Shown: positions 61,501 through 64,000 of the stretch, one piece after another
How positions within the stretch are numbered: position 1 is the first letter of the stretch
Layout: each line of letters starts with the position of its first letter
Source of the DNA: Coniocarpon cinnabarinum
Taxonomy: Eukaryota
NCBI GenBank assembly: GCA_051942205.1
Contig: JAVECO010000041.1
Span: 1 to 64,000 of the forward strand
Reading direction: 5' to 3'
Length of the DNA: 64,000 bases
The notes under the pieces: model-generated
Databases searched by the model: none
The model's input: only the letters and a program-made list of their open reading frames with translations
What the model was told of the DNA's origin: nothing
Position numbers and translations under genes: made by a program

Positions 61501-63321
61501 GACGACAAGCCGAAAGGCCGTGGGTCTTCTTCCTCTACTGCTCCCAAGCAGTCCGCTGCCCACATGCCCGGCGTTAACTTTGATCCCAACGCCTATGGTG
61601 CTCCGAAGGGCTACGGAGGTCCCAAGGGCTCCGGAGGCTCAAAGGGCTACGGCGGTAGCGGTGCTCGTGGCAATGGTCACAAGGGCCTCGATGAGGCCAC
61701 TCGTGCCGCTGCGATGGCTGCTGGCAACCGTTGGCAGACGACCAACACTATTGTCGAAGACGCTGCAAAGAAAGCTGCAGTGGTCAAGGCTCAACGTGAA
61801 GCCAAACACGCCGAACCTACCCAGGCAACTGGCCGCGTGATCAAGGCGTCCTACAAAGGCGCCGAAGAGCCTATGACAGAAACTGTCACCGATCAGCCCA
61901 AGCCCGCTGCCATCAACGACACCGCCGCTGCAGTCGCGCACGCTACTGCCGTTGGCAATGACATCCCCAAGGACGAGGTCAAGCCCATCCCAGCCTTCGA
62001 CATTCCGTCCGAAGCCATCGACGCCTTGATGGCCGAGAACAAGGCCAAACTCATTGTGAAGCTCCACGCAGAGGATATCGAGCGGACCATCATCCGCGTC
62101 CTCAACCAGGCTGTTGCTATCAAATTCCCAAACGATCAAGGCCCTGCCCACGTTCCTCACTCGGCTCCTCCCACTCAGACTCAGTTCGCCGCTCCTGGCT
62201 CGCAACCCATCATCAACAATCGCATGTGGCAGAAAGCCTTCTACGATCTGACCAAAGACCTCGGCCCGCAGAACAAACTCTCTCCTGCCCAAGCTGCTAC
62301 GATGGAACTCGCCGCAACTAACACTGCTTCCAAACTTTCCATCCACCATCAGACCGTTTTTTCCATTGCTCCACAGCCACCAGTCAGCCTTCCCATTGAC
62401 CCTCCTGTCGGCGGCATCAAGCCTGACAATGTTTCCACCTCCGAGAGCAAAGACCAGGACACCGCCGTGTTCAAGGAACCCGAGGCTGCTTCTCGTCCCC
62501 ACATCACTGTTCCCACGGATGCTCCTGCCATCTCCGAATCTCTCGCTGAGTCGACTCTTTACCAGAAGCGTGCCGAGTCTCCCAAGGCTCGTACTGTCTC
62601 TCCTCCAAGCCTTTCGACCTCGCCTTCTGCCGAGGAGATGGAGCGCCGTGTGCAAATTGTCAAAGATCTCGCGGCCAAGTACTCACCCAAAAACCACTGG
62701 AACACTCCCGGCACTTTTATGAACAAGCAGCCAGCTGCTACCAACGCCTCGGTCACGCACTCGAAGACTCTCAAGTACATTCACACTGCACATGACGGTC
62801 GTGTCACCCACCATTACGTGCCCACTCCCGCTCCGGTTCCTGCTTCCAACACTACTGCTGCAGTCAATGCTCCTCAGGTCTCCACTACTGCTGTCTCCGC
62901 CGATTCCGGTCCCAAGGCTCCCGGCGCTGCTTCCATGGTTTCTGCTGCCACACCCGTCACTACTGCTACCGTCCAACCCACTGGATCTGGTCCAAAGGCT
63001 GCCACCACCAATGTCCAACCATCTGCCCCTCGCGCACCTGTTCCCATGGCCGCCTACAACACCGTCGACATCAACAGTGTCAGCGCGAAAGAGCTCAACG
63101 AGCAAGTGGCACGCAACGTTGAAATCACCAAGCAAATCACTGCCAAATATTCCCCTCCGGCTTCCTTCACCAAAATGGCCACTGCCAACCGCAACACTAA
63201 TCAGAACAATGGCAACGCCTACAACGGAAACCGCTCCTCTACTTCCACTGGCGGCGACAAGCGCTCTGCTTGGGCCAAGCCACCAAAGGGTCGCAACCCA
63301 CCAGCTCGCAAGAACTGGTAA
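58532..63321 (+). CDS. Large low-complexity protein with short conserved-looking motifs and a charged helix (PRRC2/BAT2-like?); 4 coding exons and a probable 5'-UTR intron
   Basis: Introns at 58796-58851, about 59129-59184 and about 59338-59392 join ORF pieces to the 1269-aa ORF. Motifs KKPTSFKTVSVTKNFLAK, VWNRNK, FTDEELKQQYGIHLATRL, KWADMEDDEDDWAPETVEW. The start codon is uncertain. Confidence 0.8.
61597..61660 (+). repeat. Degenerate 18-bp repeat encoding (G[AG][PS]KG[YS])n
   Basis: ggtgctccgaagggctac ggaggtcccaagggctcc ggaggctcaaagggctac. Confidence 0.75.
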
Positions 63322-64000
63322 AAAGTGTCATCACCGCCGGCTTCACGAGCCGGGCGTCGATCTTCAACGTCGGCGTCGCTGATCTCGTTTCTCTTTCGCA
63401 ATCTCAATGATTGCCCTCATCGGACTCCACAAGCAGGTCCATTCGAAGCTTCTCATTGGCTTCACTTCTCAGCATTGTAACAGAGTCACACAAATTACTT
63501 GTACCAACATGACGACCTTCTTCATGATCTGTCACTTCGAGTGACCCATTTCACATCACTGTCGCAACCGCGAGGGCATGCTCACTCATGCATTGAAGGG
63601 ACTTTCCATGGCGTTCGGGCAATGGTTAGGGATGGTTGCGGGTGATTTACTAGTTTGATTGCTGCGTTCTACTTGTTCGATCAGCTATGGTGGTGCGGCA
63701 ACTGTCGTGTTACGTAGCGCCCTACATAATTATCAATAAAAACCATAAAAACTTCATGTGCTGTCTTCGTTGTCTTCTCCTTCTCGTGATGGTTGTTGCT
63801 ATGCCACCCTCGTCCCCACTGCCAACCGTCTCTGTCTGCTGACTTTATGACCCTTCCCTCCGCGTGATTGGTGTTGCTGTGTCGCGCTCCTCAACATGAG
63901 CTGTCCCCCTTTGCTGTCTCATGCCTTACTGTTGACGTCATGTCACTGTCTATATCTTGCTTGCGCTTGCGTCGGTGCGCCACTTCGTATTGCCTGAGTG

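Noticed and set aside
61639..63135. 338-aa and 150-aa antisense ORFs
   Set aside because: Shadow ORFs from C-ending codon bias of the sense gene.

Overview
Eukaryotic, intron-containing genomic DNA from a filamentous ascomycete (Pezizomycotina). Introns are mostly 50-70 nt GT-AG with CTRAC/CTAAC-type branch points. A PRC2 methyltransferase is present, which argues against Aspergillus-like or yeast lineages. The window is gene-dense, with about 23 protein genes reconstructed by hand. In order: 3' end of an unknown gene, EZH2/KMT6, NOP7/pescadillo, an orphan-rich island with an SGNH hydrolase ending in KDEL, GAL10, a PTH11-like membrane protein, PPM2/TYW4 fused to JmjC, PPS1, a SUN-domain protein, LCB3, RHO4, DAD1, a spliced gene built on a Tc1/mariner-type HTH domain, a solitary P450, RhoGDI, BCD1, a DENN/coiled-coil protein, a kinesin-4-like motor, NDUFS4 and ATP17 head-to-head, and a large low-complexity protein with PRRC2/BAT2-like motifs. 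I recognised no tRNA, rRNA, CRISPR or intact transposon. Best leads: (1) an apparently domesticated transposase DNA-binding domain lacking the DDE core; (2) about 10 of about 50 reconstructed introns use AAG acceptors; (3) a candidate fungal PRRC2/Nocte/MOS1 homolog; (4) Rho4 ending in CKIQ, about 6 kb from its RhoGDI. All family calls come from motif recognition, not database searches.
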